DNA of 44,487 nucleotides. Source: Acinetobacter phage NJ01. Made by a program: the position numbers and the translations under genes. The DNA is taken from the sequence record OQ221563.1; one strand, written 5' to 3'. A model generated the notes under the pieces. The model saw only the letters and a program-made list of their open reading frames with translations. It did not search any database and was not told the origin of the DNA. Below are positions 43,925 to 44,487 of the stretch, piece by piece (the first letter of the stretch is position 1; each line of letters opens with the position of its first letter).

Positions 43925-44487
43925 TTACTCGTCGTCGCCCATCTTAGCGATGATATCACCTGCCTGTTTCGTAAGGTCAGTGATGCCGAAGCTATGGCCC
44001 ATAGTGATTTTCGACTTCACATCTTCGACAACCTGCGTCGGTTTGCTAGGTGCGCCACCGGCTGGCGTGCCAGCCAGGACGGATGCAAAATCGGCGTTAT
44101 TACGGAACTCTTTTTCAAGCTCTTCCATAGTCAGCGCGGACGGTTTGCCATCCTGCAAGACACGCACTTTCAAGCTGCCGTCTTCGCCGTCTTCCAGCGT
44201 CAGGCGATCCATTACGTGGCGTTGCATGATGCCCGCATTCTTACCGAACAGCTTCGATGCCAGGTCTTTGGCCGCGCTGCCGATGGTTAGGTCGTGGATC
44301 TGCTTGCGGTAGGCTTCGATTTTTCCCGATGTGTCTGCTTCGTATTTCGCAAACTTATCTTTCCAGGACTTGTCGATCGCTTCGAGGTCGCCATTTTTGC
44401 GCGCGGCGGCTTCCTCTTTCTCTTTCGCAAGGCGCTCAGCTTCGGCGCGACGTTCAGCTTCTGCTTTCTTCTCGCTCACCAGCTTCG
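43925..44487 (-). CDS. Head scaffolding protein, C-terminal part (open at the right window edge; in frame with 1..142)
   Basis: Highly charged coiled-coil (KKAEAERRAEAERLAKEKEEAAARK...) upstream of the capsid gene. The track start at 44479 is an internal GTG. Confidence 0.7.
   Translation of the reverse strand, partial: KLVSEKKAEAERRAEAERLAKEKEEAAARKNGDLEAIDKSWKDKFAKYEADTSGKIEAYRKQIHDLTIGSAAKDLASKLFGKNAGIMQRHVMDRLTLEDGEDGSLKVRVLQDGKPSALTMEELEKEFRNNADFASVLAGTPAGGAPSKPTQVVEDVKSKITMGHSFGITDLTKQAGDIIAKMGDDE

Noticed and set aside
1-44487. Search for CRISPR arrays, tRNA/rRNA genes, integrase/attP and transposases
   Set aside because: No regularly spaced 24-48 bp repeats with unique spacers, no cloverleaf-compatible tRNA candidates noticed, and no integrase, recombinase or transposase-like ORF. 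The genome looks strictly lytic. tRNAscan-SE or Infernal would be needed to exclude tRNAs and other ncRNAs formally.

Overview
The window appears to be a complete or near-complete ~44.5 kb tailed (siphovirus-like) enterobacterial phage genome. The two window ends read in frame as one scaffolding-protein gene, which suggests a circular or permuted assembly opened inside that gene.

Layout:
- 1-10.8 kb, minus strand: scaffold N-terminus, Rz/Rz1-type spanins, Mu-F-like head morphogenesis protein, portal, TerL, TerS, an HTH-metallophosphoesterase, an endolysin/holin cassette, and a chain of translationally coupled small ORFs. One plus-strand 'moron' gene sits at 292..1056.
- 10.8-11.35 kb: a long non-coding region of GTCCCGC iterons, 31-bp direct repeats and an 18-bp palindrome.
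- 11.35-14.0 kb, minus strand: an AEP-type primase/helicase and a small HTH protein.
- 14.1-26.8 kb, plus strand: an early/replication block. It holds a charged tandem-repeat protein, a Cas4-like PD-(D/E)XK nuclease, a gp2.5/DUF2815-like SSB, T7-like DNA polymerase A, a VRR-NUC nuclease, a SNF2 helicase, a short C5-methyltransferase-like protein, a Dam N6-adenine methyltransferase, a HAD phosphatase, a MazG-like protein and several unknowns.
- 26.8-44.5 kb, minus strand: lambda-like tail and head genes. These are a repeat-rich side tail fibre, J, I, K, L, M, tape measure, a G/G-T chaperone with an A_AAA_AAC -1 frameshift site, major tail protein, neck proteins, major capsid protein and scaffold. 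A plus-strand island (lipoprotein plus a 324-aa protein) lies between the fibre and J genes.

Most unusual signals:
- A ~170-bp iteron-rich element present twice: once just 3' of the primase/helicase gene (~11.04-11.21 kb) and once, expanded, between the G-T chaperone and tape-measure genes (~38.84-39.16 kb). It is a candidate replication origin or cis element.
- A conserved ATTGGTTGCA element inside sigma70-like promoters in most intergenic regions, including one perfect palindromic version.

No rRNA, tRNA, CRISPR array or transposase was found. All coordinates were counted by hand and may be off by 1-2 nt where they differ from the ORF track.
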